Source: an uncultured Clostridia bacterium (GTDB lineage Bacteria; Bacillota; Clostridia; TANB77; CAG-508). From it: DNA of 64,000 nt. The translations under genes and the position numbers were made by a program. Positions 1 to 11,241 of the stretch are shown here, piece after piece; position 1 is the stretch's first letter, and each line of letters starts with the position of its first letter. Where the stretch lies: contig CAKPAW010000002.1 of assembly GCA_934133165.1 (NCBI GenBank), positions 4,417 to 68,416 on the forward strand, written 5' to 3'. Under the pieces are notes generated by a model, which was not told the origin of the DNA, searched no databases, and saw only the letters and a list, made by a program, of their open reading frames with translations.

Positions 1-1619
1 CAAAGCTGACATTGACACCTGTAATTAATTTTAGAGATTTCCACGCAGAAACTTATAATCATGAATTTACAATAAAACAAGAAGAAAAAAATAGAAAATT
101 AAAAGTGGAACTAGATGGACAAGCACAGACACCTATATATATGTATAGTACAGATGGCAAGTATATTACACATCAAAATGATAGTTTTAGAAATATGTTT
201 TATATAGAAGAAGAAGAAAGAGGATTTTCTGCAGAAGAAAATCATGCAATTCCAGGTAGATATGAAATAGAAATTAAACCAAATGAGACCAAAGAAATAA
301 CATTTGTTACATCTTTAGAAGCAAATATAGAAGAAATAGATGGTAAAAAAACAATAAGCAAAGAAATAGTTAGAATAGCAGAGCTTATTTATGAATCAAA
401 TTTAATAGATAAAGCTAAAGAAAATGAAAATACAGAAAATACACAACTAATAAGAAATTTTATAATTTCAGCAGATAATTTTGTAGTGTATCGTCCATCT
501 TTTAGACTTCACACAATTATTGCAGGTTATCCATGGTTTTTAGACTGGGGAAGAGATGCATTAATTTCTTTTGAAGGAATTCTTCTAAAAACCAGAAGGT
601 TTGAAATAGCTAAAGAAGTTTTATTGACAATGATAAGAGATGTAAAATTTGGGTTAGTACCAAATGGCTATTCAGGTTATGATAATCGTCCATTATATAA
701 TAGTGCAGATAGTTCACTTTTATTATTTGAACAAGTAGAAAAATATTTAAATTATACAAATGATGATACATTTGTAAAAGAAAAAATGTATCCAGTATTA
801 GAAAAAATAATAGAGAGTTATGCAGAAGGAATAGATGTAGACGAAAATGACATTTATTTAGATGAAGACGGATTAATTTCTTCAGGAAGTCCAAATATAC
901 AAAATACATGGATGGATGCTAAAATAGGAAGTTATGTAGTAACACCAAGAAATGGAAAAGCAGTAGAAATTAATAGTATGTGGTATAATGCCTTAAAAAT
1001 TATGGAAGAATTAACTTTAAAATTTGAAACTAAGCAAAAGGCAAATAAATATAAAAAAATGTCAGACTTATGTAAGAAATCTTTCATAGAAAAATTCTAC
1101 AACAAAAAGAGAAAATGTTTATATGATGTATTAGGAGATAGTAAAATAAGACCAAATCAATTATTTGCATTAAGCCTTACTTATCCAGTGTTAGATCCAA
1201 AATCAGAGATAGCAAAAGAAATGTTTAATACAGTAACTAAGAAATTATTAAATAACTATGGATTGAAAACATTAGCAAAAGGCGAAGAAAATTATGTAGA
1301 AGTATATGAAGGAGATAGCTTTAGAAGAGACATGAGTTACCACCAAGGAATTACTTGGCCATGGCTTTTAGGAATATACTACAATTCATTTAAGAAAATA
1401 TTAGAAGCAAGCAATAAAACAGAGAAGAAAGAGCTACAAGAAAAATATAACAAGTTTGTACAAAATGTAAAAAATACATTTATAAAAGAATTCAATGAAG
1501 GCAAGACAATAGGAGGAATATCTGAATTATATGATTCAGCAAAACCTTTTGAATCAAAAGGAACAATAAATCAAGCATGGAGTGTAGCAGAAGTATTTAG
1601 AATAATTTTGGAGAATTAG
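1..1619 (+). CDS. glycogen debranching enzyme / amylo-alpha-1,6-glucosidase family protein (5' partial, open to window edge)
   Basis: ORF open to position 1; GDE C-terminal-like motifs 'GYPWFLDWGRDALISFEG', 'NTWMDAKIG', 'ITWPWLLG'. Confidence 0.6.
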   Translation, partial: KLTLTPVINFRDFHAETYNHEFTIKQEEKNRKLKVELDGQAQTPIYMYSTDGKYITHQNDSFRNMFYIEEEERGFSAEENHAIPGRYEIEIKPNETKEITFVTSLEANIEEIDGKKTISKEIVRIAELIYESNLIDKAKENENTENTQLIRNFIISADNFVVYRPSFRLHTIIAGYPWFLDWGRDALISFEGILLKTRRFEIAKEVLLTMIRDVKFGLVPNGYSGYDNRPLYNSADSSLLLFEQVEKYLNYTNDDTFVKEKMYPVLEKIIESYAEGIDVDENDIYLDEDGLISSGSPNIQNTWMDAKIGSYVVTPRNGKAVEINSMWYNALKIMEELTLKFETKQKANKYKKMSDLCKKSFIEKFYNKKRKCLYDVLGDSKIRPNQLFALSLTYPVLDPKSEIAKEMFNTVTKKLLNNYGLKTLAKGEENYVEVYEGDSFRRDMSYHQGITWPWLLGIYYNSFKKILEASNKTEKKELQEKYNKFVQNVKNTFIKEFNEGKTIGGISELYDSAKPFESKGTINQAWSVAEVFRIILEN

Positions 1620-1625
1620 AAAATC

Positions 1626-2648
1626 ATGTTAACCATTGAGAATTTAGAAAAGGATTTAAAAGAAGGAAAACTAAATAGCATTTATCTTTTATATGGGGAA
1701 GAACTATTCCTTTTAGAATCATGCTTAAAAAAAATAAAAAACAATTTTGGTGAAAGAAAAGCAGGAATAAACGAAGTAAAAATAGATGAAACAAATATAA
1801 GCTCAATAATATCAGATATAGAAACACCAGCGTTTGGATATGAAAAAAAATTAATTATTGCAAGAAACACCGGATTATTCAAAAAAGAAGGTAGAAAGAA
1901 AACAGGAATAAACACAGAATTAGTAAATAAAGTTGCTGAATATATAAAAGAAAATATAGAAATAATAAAAGAATCAGTAGTACTTGTTTTTGTGGAAGAA
2001 GAAGCGGAAAAAAATGAACTATATAAAGTAATAGACAATGTAGGAATAGTATGTGAATTTAGCGAATTAAAACCAGTTCAAATTGCTACAAGAATGAAAG
2101 CAATAACAAAAGCATATGGAGTTAGTATAGATGACATTACTATAAAATATTTTATAGAGTGTTGTGGAACCAATATGCAAAGATTAATAAATGAAATAAG
2201 AAAATTAATAGAGTATGCAGGCGCAAATGGAGAAATTACTAAAAAAGATATAGATCTATTATGTATAAAACAATTAGATAGTGTTATATTCGATTTAACA
2301 GATAATTTAGGCAATAAAAAAGTAAGTAAAGCATTAGAAGTATTAAATAATTTAATATATCAAAAAGAGCCCATTCAAAAAATATTAATTACATTATATA
2401 ATCATTTTAAAAAATTATATATTACTAAAATAGCACAAAAAGAAAATAATAATATAGCAGAATGTCTAAATTTAAAACCAAATCAAATGTTTTTAGTAAC
2501 AAAATATAAGACACAGTCAAATTACTTTAGAGAAGAAGAACTAAAAAATATTATAGAAGAATTAATAAATTTAGATTACAACTACAAAATAGGTCAAATA
2601 GATTTAAATGTTGGACTTGAATCTATATTATGCCGTTATTGTTCATAA
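1626..2648 (+). CDS. holA: DNA polymerase III delta subunit
   Basis: 340 aa; N-terminal 'LKEGKLNSIYLLYGEELFLLE' typical of HolA; close-packed after upstream gene. Confidence 0.8.
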   Translation: MLTIENLEKDLKEGKLNSIYLLYGEELFLLESCLKKIKNNFGERKAGINEVKIDETNISSIISDIETPAFGYEKKLIIARNTGLFKKEGRKKTGINTELVNKVAEYIKENIEIIKESVVLVFVEEEAEKNELYKVIDNVGIVCEFSELKPVQIATRMKAITKAYGVSIDDITIKYFIECCGTNMQRLINEIRKLIEYAGANGEITKKDIDLLCIKQLDSVIFDLTDNLGNKKVSKALEVLNNLIYQKEPIQKILITLYNHFKKLYITKIAQKENNNIAECLNLKPNQMFLVTKYKTQSNYFREEELKNIIEELINLDYNYKIGQIDLNVGLESILCRYCS

Positions 2649-2654
2649 ATTAAA

Positions 2655-2712
2655 TTTTAGGGACAGGTCTCAAAATTTAAAAAATTAAATTTTTAAGCCC
2701 GTCCCTAAAATT
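2655..2712 (+). terminator. hairpin terminator after holA (tttagggacagg...cccgtccctaaaattt)
   Basis: inverted repeat 'tagggacagg'/'cccgtcccta' followed by T-rich run; shares the 'gggacag' core with the dispersed mini-repeat. Confidence 0.45.
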
Positions 2713-2764
2713 TACGAATAAAAAAACTCCTTTTTCAAATAATAAGAAAAAGGAGTGATTTTTT

Positions 2765-3700
2765 ATGTACAATTTTAGAACGGATTTAGCAGATGAGAGA
2801 AGAGATTTATATAGAAAAGCTAATAGTATAGAAAATGAAGTTAATGGTGTAGAAACTGAGGTAGAAGATGTAAATGAAAAAATAAAAGTAACAAGAGTAA
2901 AAATTACGAATGAAGAAGGAGAACAAGCAATAGGAAAACCAAAGGGAGATTACATCACTATAGATATAAAGAAAATCAATTTATTAACAGATGAGGAATT
3001 AGAGGAATCTTCAAAAATTTTAGCAGAAGAATTGAAAAAATTAATAGGTGAAAAAATTGAATTTAAAGATGATGTATTAATAGTCGGGTTAGGAAACGAA
3101 GAAGTAACACCAGATGCTTTAGGACCAAATGTGATAAAAAATGTAGAAGTAACAAGGCATATTATAAATTATTTACCACAATATATAGATGAAAATGCGA
3201 GACCTATAAGTGCTATTGCACCAGGAGTTTTAGGAACAACAGGAATAGAAACATTAGAAATAATAAAAGGAGTTGTAGAACATATTAAACCTAAACTTTT
3301 AATAGTAATAGATGCATTAGCATCAAGAAGTATGGAAAGAATAAGTTCTACAATTCAAATATCAAATACAGGAATAGTGCCAGGGGCAGGAGTAGGAAAC
3401 ACTAGAAAAGAAATATCAATAAATACTTTAGGAATTCCTGTAATAGCTATAGGAATTCCAACAGTTGTAGAAACAGCAGTCGTAGTAAATGATGCATTAA
3501 ATATTTTTATAGAAAAATTACAACAAGAAGCAAAATCAAACGACTATTTAAATGAATTAAAAGAAAAAGACAATTATGAGGAGATAAAAGAAGCGTTACT
3601 TCCAAAAGAATTTAATTTTATAGTAACACCAAAGGAAATAGATGAACTTGTATTAAGTATGTCAGAAGTAGTTGCAAAAGGAATAAATATGGCATTATAA
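2765..3700 (+). CDS. gpr: germination (spore) protease GPR
   Basis: 311 aa; 'MYNFRTDLADERRDLY' N-terminus and size match the GPR endopeptidase family; RBS 'aaaaggagtg' upstream. Confidence 0.8.
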   Translation: MYNFRTDLADERRDLYRKANSIENEVNGVETEVEDVNEKIKVTRVKITNEEGEQAIGKPKGDYITIDIKKINLLTDEELEESSKILAEELKKLIGEKIEFKDDVLIVGLGNEEVTPDALGPNVIKNVEVTRHIINYLPQYIDENARPISAIAPGVLGTTGIETLEIIKGVVEHIKPKLLIVIDALASRSMERISSTIQISNTGIVPGAGVGNTRKEISINTLGIPVIAIGIPTVVETAVVVNDALNIFIEKLQQEAKSNDYLNELKEKDNYEEIKEALLPKEFNFIVTPKEIDELVLSMSEVVAKGINMAL

Positions 3701-3737
3701 ACTATATAAAAAATCCAATATAAATTACTATATTGGA

Positions 3738-4421
3738 TTATAATGCAATATGCAAAAAATATAGAATTAGTAGGTGCAAAGGATAGAAAATATAAAAGAA
3801 ATATTTTGCCTTTGGACCTTCTTTTTTATTATAAAATAAAATAAAAATAAGAGATAACGCTGTAAAAATAGCACATTGTATGTAAATATACCATAAAACA
3901 GGAGTAGCAATTATATCAGGCACAAATCTTAAAAAACATAGAACAATGGTAGTAATTGCCATAGGTACTTTTTTATCTTTAAAAAAGTAAAAGCAAAACA
4001 TTAATAAAATACCAAAAGCACCATAATCTACATGTATAAAATAGGCTATAATACTTGTTAAAATAACAAATAAAAATCCTAATGCTTTGTTTTTACATTT
4101 ATCATAAACAAATAAAGCAAGCAAGCCTAAAAATAAAGTAAAAAATATATTAAGAGTAAGTATTTCTTCAGTAAATGTAGATAAAAAAAGCATAAAAGGG
4201 ATTTGAGAAATGCAAGCAAAAATAAATAATTTTAGCATATGCCTTTTAAAATCTTTAGTATAAATATATCCTTGAACAGCTTGAAAAGCAAAAATAGGGA
4301 AGGCAATTCTTCCAATTAAATTACAAAAAGAAAATTTGCCAATAATAGCATCTCCAACATGATCAAATAACATGGTTATAACACCAATAATTTTTAAAAT
4401 AAAACTTGTCATTAAATTCAC
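3738..4421 (-). CDS. TraX-family polytopic membrane protein
   Basis: 227 aa, multiple TM helices; 'ITMLFDHVGDAIIG...IGRIAFPIFAFQAVQG' resembles the TraX family. Confidence 0.45.
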   Translation of the reverse strand: MNLMTSFILKIIGVITMLFDHVGDAIIGKFSFCNLIGRIAFPIFAFQAVQGYIYTKDFKRHMLKLFIFACISQIPFMLFLSTFTEEILTLNIFFTLFLGLLALFVYDKCKNKALGFLFVILTSIIAYFIHVDYGAFGILLMFCFYFFKDKKVPMAITTIVLCFLRFVPDIIATPVLWYIYIQCAIFTALSLIFILFYNKKEGPKAKYFFYIFYPLHLLILYFLHIAL

Positions 4422-4539
4422 CCAAAAACATTATCTAATAAAACAAAATAAAAATCAAGTAAACAAAAAAATATCTTGCATAAAATAATTAATTGATATA
4501 CAATAATTACAGATTTTACAAACGAGGAGGAAGTTTTTT

Positions 4540-5853
4540 ATGTCTAACGTAAAATTAGAACTAAAATACACTAAAATAGATACAAAAGAAATAATGAAAT
4601 ACAAGGAAAAAGTTCAAGAAATACATCAAGAACTACAAGAAAATAAAAACAAAGAAGAGGAATTTTTAGGTTGGTTAGAACATCCAACTAAATATAATAA
4701 AAAAGAATTTGAAAAAATAAAAAAATGCGCTAAAAAAATTAGAGAAGATTCAGAAATATTAGTAGTAATAGGAATAGGTGGCTCTTATTTAGGAGCAAGA
4801 GCAGTAATAGAAAGTTTAACACATACTTTTTATAATTTACTACCAAAAGAAGAAAGAAAATCACCACAAATTTTATATGTAGGAAACAATATTAGTGGTA
4901 AATATCTTGAAGATTTAGTAGAATTGATAGGAAACAGAGATTTATCTGTAAATGTAATATCAAAATCTGGAACAACTACAGAACCAGCTATAGCATTTAG
5001 ATTTTTCCGTGAATTTATGGAAAATAAATATGGAATAAAAGAAGCAAGAAAAAGAATATATGTTACAACAGATAAAGAAAAAGGAGCATTAAAAACACTT
5101 GCAACTAAAGAAGGTTACGAAACATTTATTATTCCAAACAATGTAGGTGGAAGATATTCTGTACTAACACCAGTAGGACTTCTTCCAATCGCAACTGCAG
5201 GAATAGATATAGACAAGTTAATGAGTGGAGCAAGATTTGCTGAAGAAAAATATAACGACGAAAATTTAAAATATAATGATTGCTATAAGTATGCTGTTGC
5301 AAGAAATTTACTATATAAAAATGATAAAAATATAGAAATATTAGTAAGTTACAAACCAAATTTACATTATTTTATAGAATGGTGGAAGCAACTATTTGGA
5401 GAAAGTGAAGGAAAAGACGGAAAAGGAATTTATCCATCTGGAGCAGAGTTTACAACAGACCTACATTCGTTAGGACAATACATACAAGAGGGAAGAAAAA
5501 ATTTATTTGAAACAGTTATAAATGTTGAAAAAGAAGAATCTAACATAAAAATAAATGTGGATGAAGATAATTTAGATGAGATAAATTACTTAGCAGATAA
5601 GACGATGGACTACGTAAATAGAAAAGCAATGGAAGGAACAATAAATGCTCATGTAGAAGGAGATGTGCCAAACATTGTTATAAACATGGAAAAGATAGAT
5701 GAAGAGACAATAGGACACTTAGTTTATTTCTTTGAACTTGCTTGTGCAATGAGCGGAAAAATATTAGGAGTAAATCCATTTAATCAACCTGGAGTAGAAA
5801 AATATAAAACAAATATGTTTAAATTACTTGGAAAACCAGGATATAATAAATAA
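4540..5853 (+). CDS. pgi: glucose-6-phosphate isomerase
   Basis: 437 aa; '[12 protein letters not shown]' and '[19 protein letters not shown]' PGI signatures; RBS 'gaggagg'. Confidence 0.9.
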   Translation: MSNVKLELKYTKIDTKEIMKYKEKVQEIHQELQENKNKEEEFLGWLEHPTKYNKKEFEKIKKCAKKIREDSEILVVIGIGGSYLGARAVIESLTHTFYNLLPKEERKSPQILYVGNNISGKYLEDLVELIGNRDLSVNVISKSGTTTEPAIAFRFFREFMENKYGIKEARKRIYVTTDKEKGALKTLATKEGYETFIIPNNVGGRYSVLTPVGLLPIATAGIDIDKLMSGARFAEEKYNDENLKYNDCYKYAVARNLLYKNDKNIEILVSYKPNLHYFIEWWKQLFGESEGKDGKGIYPSGAEFTTDLHSLGQYIQEGRKNLFETVINVEKEESNIKINVDEDNLDEINYLADKTMDYVNRKAMEGTINAHVEGDVPNIVINMEKIDEETIGHLVYFFELACAMSGKILGVNPFNQPGVEKYKTNMFKLLGKPGYNK

Positions 5854-5862
5854 AAAATAAAA

Positions 5863-5900
5863 TAGGATACAGTGTTTTAGTTACTGTGTCCTATTTTTGA
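5863..5900 (+). terminator. rho-independent terminator after pgi
   Basis: 'ataggatacagtg ttttagtt actgtgtcctat' hairpin plus T-run. Confidence 0.6.
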
Positions 5901-6166
5901 AATGTTCCTTTTCGAGTCCAACATTTTAGTGTAAATAAAAAAATAGCTTTCGCTATTTTTTCTGGTGCCAACGAAGTAGTTATCTAGAACTTTTTCGGCT
6001 CTCATAACGATTGATACAAATATCAATCAATTCATTGTCTTTACTTTAACATAAAATTTATAAACTTTCAAGTAATTTTATAAAAATCTTTTATATTCAT
6101 TGATAAAACAATATATTTATGATAGTATTCATCTATATAAATAATAGAGAAAGAGAATAATTTAAA

Positions 6167-7387
6167 ATGGAACAAAATATAAAGAAAATAGAAAGAAGTA
6201 TAAAAATATACCCTATATTTGCATCATTTACAGGAGATTTGATATTTTTTGTACCAATAGATACATTGTTTTTGACATTAGTAAAAGGTCTAAATGCAAG
6301 TCAAATAACAGCAATGACAATGGTAGCTTTAATTGTATGCATATTATCACAAAAAGTAATATTATCTACTGTAAAAAAGATAGGTAATGTTAATTCTTTA
6401 AGATTAGGAACAATCTTATTGTTGATAGCAGCATTTATATTGACATTTGGAAAATCATTTATTTTAATGCTATTGTATAAAACTATTAATGAAATAGCCT
6501 TTATGTTTTTAAATATGGATGAAATTATATTAAAAAGCAACTTAAATGCTGTAAATAGAAAAGCCGATTATTATAAAATAAGAAATAAATCAAAAATAAT
6601 GTATTCAATTATAACATTGCTTACAGCATTAGTAGCTGGAAAATTATTTAATATAAATCGATATTTACCAATGTATTTATCTATTATTGTATATATCTTA
6701 TTACTTGGAATAGCATTTATGTATTATGAAGCTAAAAATGAAGAACAAAAAGAAATTAAATTAAATAATATGAAAATAAAAATAACATCAACTATATTTT
6801 TAGTAATAATATCAAATGCAGTATTTTATTCTATTATAAAAATGGGACAAAACAATAGTAAATTATTTATGCAGTATGACTTTCAGAAATATCTATCTAT
6901 TGAGATGGTAACATACTATATAACAACGATAGTATTTATTTCAAGAATTGCAAGACTTATTGGAAATATAATTTGGGGTAAAATATATTTAAAAATAAAA
7001 GATAAAATGAGTATAGCTCTAACAATTTGTTTATGTTTAGCATTTTTATTACTAATAATAGGACACTATATAAATGTACCATTTATATATAAAGTAATAA
7101 TAATGTCACTAGGATTCTTCTTAATATTAGCAATAAGAGATTCGTTCCAAATATATATTGAAGATGTAGCATTAAACATTACTAATAAAGAAGAACAGCA
7201 GAAAATTATAATAAATATAGAAGTATATAGAAGATTTGGAACACTAATATTAAGTGCAATTTTCACACTAATTTTAATGAAATATGAATTAATAGTAATA
7301 GAATTTATATTATTAGGATTAAGTATCATTGAAATATTTATCAATAAGAAATTATGCAAAAAGATTAAACAATCAGAACTAGCTTGA
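6167..7387 (+). CDS. polytopic membrane protein, MFS-like transporter candidate
   Basis: 406 aa, ~12 hydrophobic segments; no specific family recognised. Confidence 0.4.
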   Translation: MEQNIKKIERSIKIYPIFASFTGDLIFFVPIDTLFLTLVKGLNASQITAMTMVALIVCILSQKVILSTVKKIGNVNSLRLGTILLLIAAFILTFGKSFILMLLYKTINEIAFMFLNMDEIILKSNLNAVNRKADYYKIRNKSKIMYSIITLLTALVAGKLFNINRYLPMYLSIIVYILLLGIAFMYYEAKNEEQKEIKLNNMKIKITSTIFLVIISNAVFYSIIKMGQNNSKLFMQYDFQKYLSIEMVTYYITTIVFISRIARLIGNIIWGKIYLKIKDKMSIALTICLCLAFLLLIIGHYINVPFIYKVIIMSLGFFLILAIRDSFQIYIEDVALNITNKEEQQKIIINIEVYRRFGTLILSAIFTLILMKYELIVIEFILLGLSIIEIFINKKLCKKIKQSELA

Positions 7388-7554
7388 ATGATGTTTTCTC
7401 TTTTAAAGTAACGTTTTATCAAGAATTTTATAAATTGTATGGACAAAATTAAAATACTATTTTTTATAATATCCTTAATGTTATCTTTAACATTAAACGT
7501 TGCATTGATAGCAGTTCTTTATAAGAACTGGGTTGATAAGCAACTACATAAATA

Positions 7555-7598
7555 AAAAGCTCACATCTGTACTTTGCTAGGTAGATGTGAGTTTTCTC
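7555..7598. terminator. bidirectional hairpin terminator (ctcacatct / agatgtgag)
   Basis: perfect 9-bp stem flanked by A-run upstream and T-run downstream. Confidence 0.5.
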
Positions 7599-7855
7599 AA
7601 TATATGTAAGATTAGTTTTTTTAATGTTACCATTGATAAAAGTAGGGGTAACTTTAGCAAATTCACATATAAATTCAAGCTTTTGTTTGAGAGTTTCTTC
7701 AAATTGTAGTTCTTGCTTAATTATCTTCATTTACTTTCAACATCATTTCTTGGATGATTTTAATATTGTTTTTAGACAACAAAAAAATCAACCAGATTTA
7801 TTTTCTGATTGATTTTTGTATCCATCTGTTTTATTAGTTCGAACAGATACGTCAT

Positions 7856-7938
7856 TGGTGCTGATGGTGGGACTCGAACCCACATGGTTTCCCGCTGGAT
7901 TTTGAGTCCAGTGCGTCTGCCAGTTCCGCCACATCAGC
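7856..7938 (-). tRNA. tRNA-Leu (anticodon CAA)
   Basis: reverse complement folds as a cloverleaf: acceptor GCTGATG, anticodon loop CTCAAAA, long variable arm, TTCGAGT T-loop, encoded CCA. Confidence 0.85.
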
Positions 7939-8013
7939 ATATTAATATGAAGTAGATTAATTTGGCTCTACATACTGACGTTGTAACTCACATTTGTTCG
8001 AACAACCTCAGCA

Positions 8014-8040
8014 AGTTCCGCCACATCAGCATATTAATAT
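8014..8040 (-). repeat. duplicated fragment of the tRNA-Leu 5' end plus its upstream flank (27/27 identical to 7922-7948)
   Basis: 'agttccgccacatcagcatattaatat' occurs twice about 65 bp apart. Confidence 0.6.
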
Positions 8041-8199
8041 AAATAAATTTAAGCATATTCATATGATAACAGAAAAAAAAGAATTTATCAAGAAAAAATA
8101 ATAAAAAACATAAAAAATAATGACAGAGCAAAAAAATACGTGTATAATTAAGTAAATTTAAAGAAATATAATAAAAATAAAAAAGAGAGGGAAAATATA

Positions 8200-9297
8200 A
8201 TGATAAAAGATACAAAATATTATGCAAAAATATTAGCTAAAATTGCTATAGCAATATCAGCTTTAATAGGAATATTTTTAACATATAAGCTAGCAATATT
8301 TTATATACCATTTATTATCGCAATGATAATAGCAGCATGTATAGAACCACTAATAAAACTATTAATGAAATTCACAAAAATAAAAAGAAAACCTGCTAGT
8401 ATAATCTCACTTATTTTAGTTTTATTAATTATCGGAGGACTATTAACATTAGGAATAGCAAAAATAGTTTCAGAAGGTTCGGCACTACTTTCTAATTTAA
8501 ATACTTATTTTGATCATATATATAAATTGGGAACAGATTTTATAAATGAAATGAATGAAGGAAGATCAAATATACCACAAGAAGTAGTTGTAGTTATACA
8601 AAATTCACTTACAGGAATAATTGACGTTGTAAAAGGCTGGCTAGTAGGATTCCTAAAAGGTACACTTAATTTTGTAACATCAATACCAGATATGATTACA
8701 TACGGATTTATTACAATACTTGCAATTATATTTATATGTTTTGATAAGGAATACATACCAAATAAAATAAAAAGCCAAATACCAACAAAATGGTTTGAGA
8801 AAATTAGACAAATAATAAATGAAACATGTAGTGTATCTGTAAAATATATAAAAGCAGAAGCAAAATTATCTTTAATTTGCTTTATATGGGTATTAATAGG
8901 ACTAAACATAGTTAATCTTATAGGAATAAAAGTAGAATACTTATTTATTATGACAGTAGTTATAGGATTTGTGGATTTATTACCTATATTTGGTGCTGGT
9001 GCAGTAATGTTACCATGGACAGGATATTTATTAATAACAGGAAATATACCATTAGCAATAGCTGTAACAATAGTTTGGATTATTTGGGCTGTTATAAAAC
9101 AATTAATAGAACCTAAAATGGTAAGCAAAGAAATAGGAATACACCCAATATTTACTTTAATAGGAATGTATACAGGTTTTAAACTAATGGGAGTAATAGG
9201 AATGATATTAGGCCCAATTGTTTTGATAATATTGAAAAATGTATTTAGTGAATTAATTGAAAAAGGAATATTGAAAAGCTTTTTTGAGCTAGACTAA
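8200..9297 (+). CDS. ytvI: AI-2E family transporter (sporulation integral membrane protein YtvI-like)
   Basis: 365 aa polytopic; N-terminus 'YAKILAKIAIAISALIGIFLTYKLAIFYIPFIIAMIIA' typical of the YtvI/PerM family. Confidence 0.7.
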   Translation: MIKDTKYYAKILAKIAIAISALIGIFLTYKLAIFYIPFIIAMIIAACIEPLIKLLMKFTKIKRKPASIISLILVLLIIGGLLTLGIAKIVSEGSALLSNLNTYFDHIYKLGTDFINEMNEGRSNIPQEVVVVIQNSLTGIIDVVKGWLVGFLKGTLNFVTSIPDMITYGFITILAIIFICFDKEYIPNKIKSQIPTKWFEKIRQIINETCSVSVKYIKAEAKLSLICFIWVLIGLNIVNLIGIKVEYLFIMTVVIGFVDLLPIFGAGAVMLPWTGYLLITGNIPLAIAVTIVWIIWAVIKQLIEPKMVSKEIGIHPIFTLIGMYTGFKLMGVIGMILGPIVLIILKNVFSELIEKGILKSFFELD

Positions 9298-9375
9298 TAA
9301 AATATAAAAAGTACGAAAAAAATAAAAATAAATAGGGTATAATAAGTAAAAGAAAATGTAGAAAAAGGTGGAAAA

Positions 9376-10281
9376 ATGTTATATAGTTACGAAACAATAG
9401 ATATAAAACCAAAATTGAATAAGAAAAAAGTAATTTTATTGATATTAATAGTACTAACTATAATAGCTGTGTCTGTTTATGCTGGAATATATTTTTCTAA
9501 AAAAAATAAAGAAAATCAAATAGCAAAAGAACAAGAAGAAATAACTAGAATAAAAATTGAAGAAGAAAACAAAATAAAAGAGGAACAAAGAAAAGAACAA
9601 GAACGTCTAAAAAATTCTGTACCATTTACAGAAGAACAAATAGAGAAAATTGAAAATATATATCATCTTCCAGATGGAAAAAACGCATTTTTGACTTTTG
9701 ATGATGGACCAACACAAAGTGTTACACCGCTTATATTGGATTTGTTAAAACAAGAAAATATAAAAGCTACATTTTTTGTATTAGGAAATAGAGCAAAAGC
9801 AAATCCTGAATTAATAAAAAGAGAGTTTGATGAGGGTCATTATATAGCAAATCATGGATATTCCCACAAATATAGTGCAATTTATCAAAATACACAAACA
9901 GTATTAGATGAATATAATTATACAGAAAGTTGTATTCAAGAAGCATTAGAAAATCCAGATTATCATTCAAGATTATTTAGATTTCCTGGAGGTTCTGTTG
10001 GAGGCTATTATCATAGTATAAAGAAAGAGGCAATAGGCTCTTTAAAAGAGCAAGGAATTGCTTATTTAGACTGGAATAGCTTATCAAAAGACGCAGAAGG
10101 AGCAAAAACAAAAGAGGATTTATTTCAAAATGTGGTAGATACAGTAGGCGAAAAAAAGAATGTTGTTATACTAATGCATGATGCGGCAGACAAAATTTTA
10201 ACGTATGAAACACTGCCAGATGTCATACAATATTTAAGAGATAATGGATATCAATTTAAAACGATATATGATATCTTATAG
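9376..10281 (+). CDS. polysaccharide deacetylase (NodB-homology) family protein with N-terminal TM anchor
   Basis: 'AFLTFDDGP' NodB motif 1, 'HGYSHK', 'LMHD' motifs. Confidence 0.75.
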   Translation: MLYSYETIDIKPKLNKKKVILLILIVLTIIAVSVYAGIYFSKKNKENQIAKEQEEITRIKIEEENKIKEEQRKEQERLKNSVPFTEEQIEKIENIYHLPDGKNAFLTFDDGPTQSVTPLILDLLKQENIKATFFVLGNRAKANPELIKREFDEGHYIANHGYSHKYSAIYQNTQTVLDEYNYTESCIQEALENPDYHSRLFRFPGGSVGGYYHSIKKEAIGSLKEQGIAYLDWNSLSKDAEGAKTKEDLFQNVVDTVGEKKNVVILMHDAADKILTYETLPDVIQYLRDNGYQFKTIYDIL

Positions 10282-10290
10282 GAGGAAAAA

Positions 10291-11157
10291 ATGTTATATG
10301 ATGTAATTATAATAGGAAGCGGACCTGCAGGAATATCAGCAAGTTTATATACAAAAAGGGCAGGCTTAGAAACTCTTATTGTTTCAAAAGGAATTGGAAC
10401 GTTAAATAAGGTTGAAAAAATCGAAAACTATTATGGAACACCCAATATAAGTGGAAAAGCAATCCAAGAAATAGGAGAGAATCAAGCCAAGAACTTAAAT
10501 ATAGAAATAAAAAATGAAGAAGTAATGCAAATAGATTATGGCAAAAACTTTATTGTAAAAACATTAAATTACGAATATGAAGCTAAAACAATTATTATAG
10601 CAACGGGAAGTAATAGAAAAGTAGCAAATATAAAAGGAATAAAAGAATTTGAAGGAAAAGGAGTAAGTTATTGTACTACATGTGATGGATTCTTTTACAA
10701 AGATAAAGATGTTGCAGTATTAGGTAATAAAGAATATGCCATACATGAAGCACAAAATTTATTGCCTATAGCTAAATCTGTAACAATGTTAACAAATGGG
10801 GAACAACCCGTGGAAAAAAGAACAGAAGGTATAGAAATAGAAGAAAATAAAATACGAGAATTTAGAGGAACAAATAGTATAGAAGAAATAGAATTTGAAG
10901 ATAATACTAAAAAGAAGATAGATGGAGTGTTTGTTGCACTTGGAACAGCGTCAAGCAGTGATTTAGCAAGAAAATTAGGAGTTATATTAGATGAGAAAAA
11001 CAATATAAAGGTAGATAACAAAATGGAAACTAATATAAAAGGAGTATATGCTTGTGGAGACTGCACAGGCGGAATTCTTCAAATATCAAAAGCTGTATAT
11101 GAGGGAATGGTTGCAGGAATGTCTGCAATACAATTTATAAAGAATATAAAATCATAA
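10291..11157 (+). CDS. thioredoxin reductase-like flavoprotein (CTTC redox motif; lacks the canonical GGGxxA NADPH motif, possibly ferredoxin-dependent FFTR type)
   Basis: 'IIIGSGPAG' FAD motif, 'CTTCDGFF' redox-active disulfide; second Rossmann motif replaced by 'VAVLGNKEYA'. Confidence 0.65.
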   Translation: MLYDVIIIGSGPAGISASLYTKRAGLETLIVSKGIGTLNKVEKIENYYGTPNISGKAIQEIGENQAKNLNIEIKNEEVMQIDYGKNFIVKTLNYEYEAKTIIIATGSNRKVANIKGIKEFEGKGVSYCTTCDGFFYKDKDVAVLGNKEYAIHEAQNLLPIAKSVTMLTNGEQPVEKRTEGIEIEENKIREFRGTNSIEEIEFEDNTKKKIDGVFVALGTASSSDLARKLGVILDEKNNIKVDNKMETNIKGVYACGDCTGGILQISKAVYEGMVAGMSAIQFIKNIKS

Positions 11158-11241
11158 AAAACTTAACTTTATAAAAATCAAGGTTATAGGTCAAATCCTT
11201 ATTTAAAAACCTAAATAAATTATAAAAGGAATGAAATTGAT

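Noticed and set aside
610-909. Antisense ORFs in the six-frame track rich in L/F/I/Y (e.g. 610-909-, 1624-1827-, 1682-2038-, 27424-27771-, 28111-28386-, 30354-30680-, 31563-32078-, 40503-40835-, 60324-60677-)
   Set aside because: They are low-complexity translations of the AT-rich antisense strand of well-supported genes and have no RBS. They are the expected artefacts of a ~27% GC genome.
7464-7730. 88-aa minus-strand ORF between the MFS-like gene and tRNA-Leu
   Set aside because: It reads straight through a strong bidirectional terminator hairpin (7555-7598). The N-terminal 45 residues look protein-like, but the rest is probably non-coding. At best it is a gene remnant.
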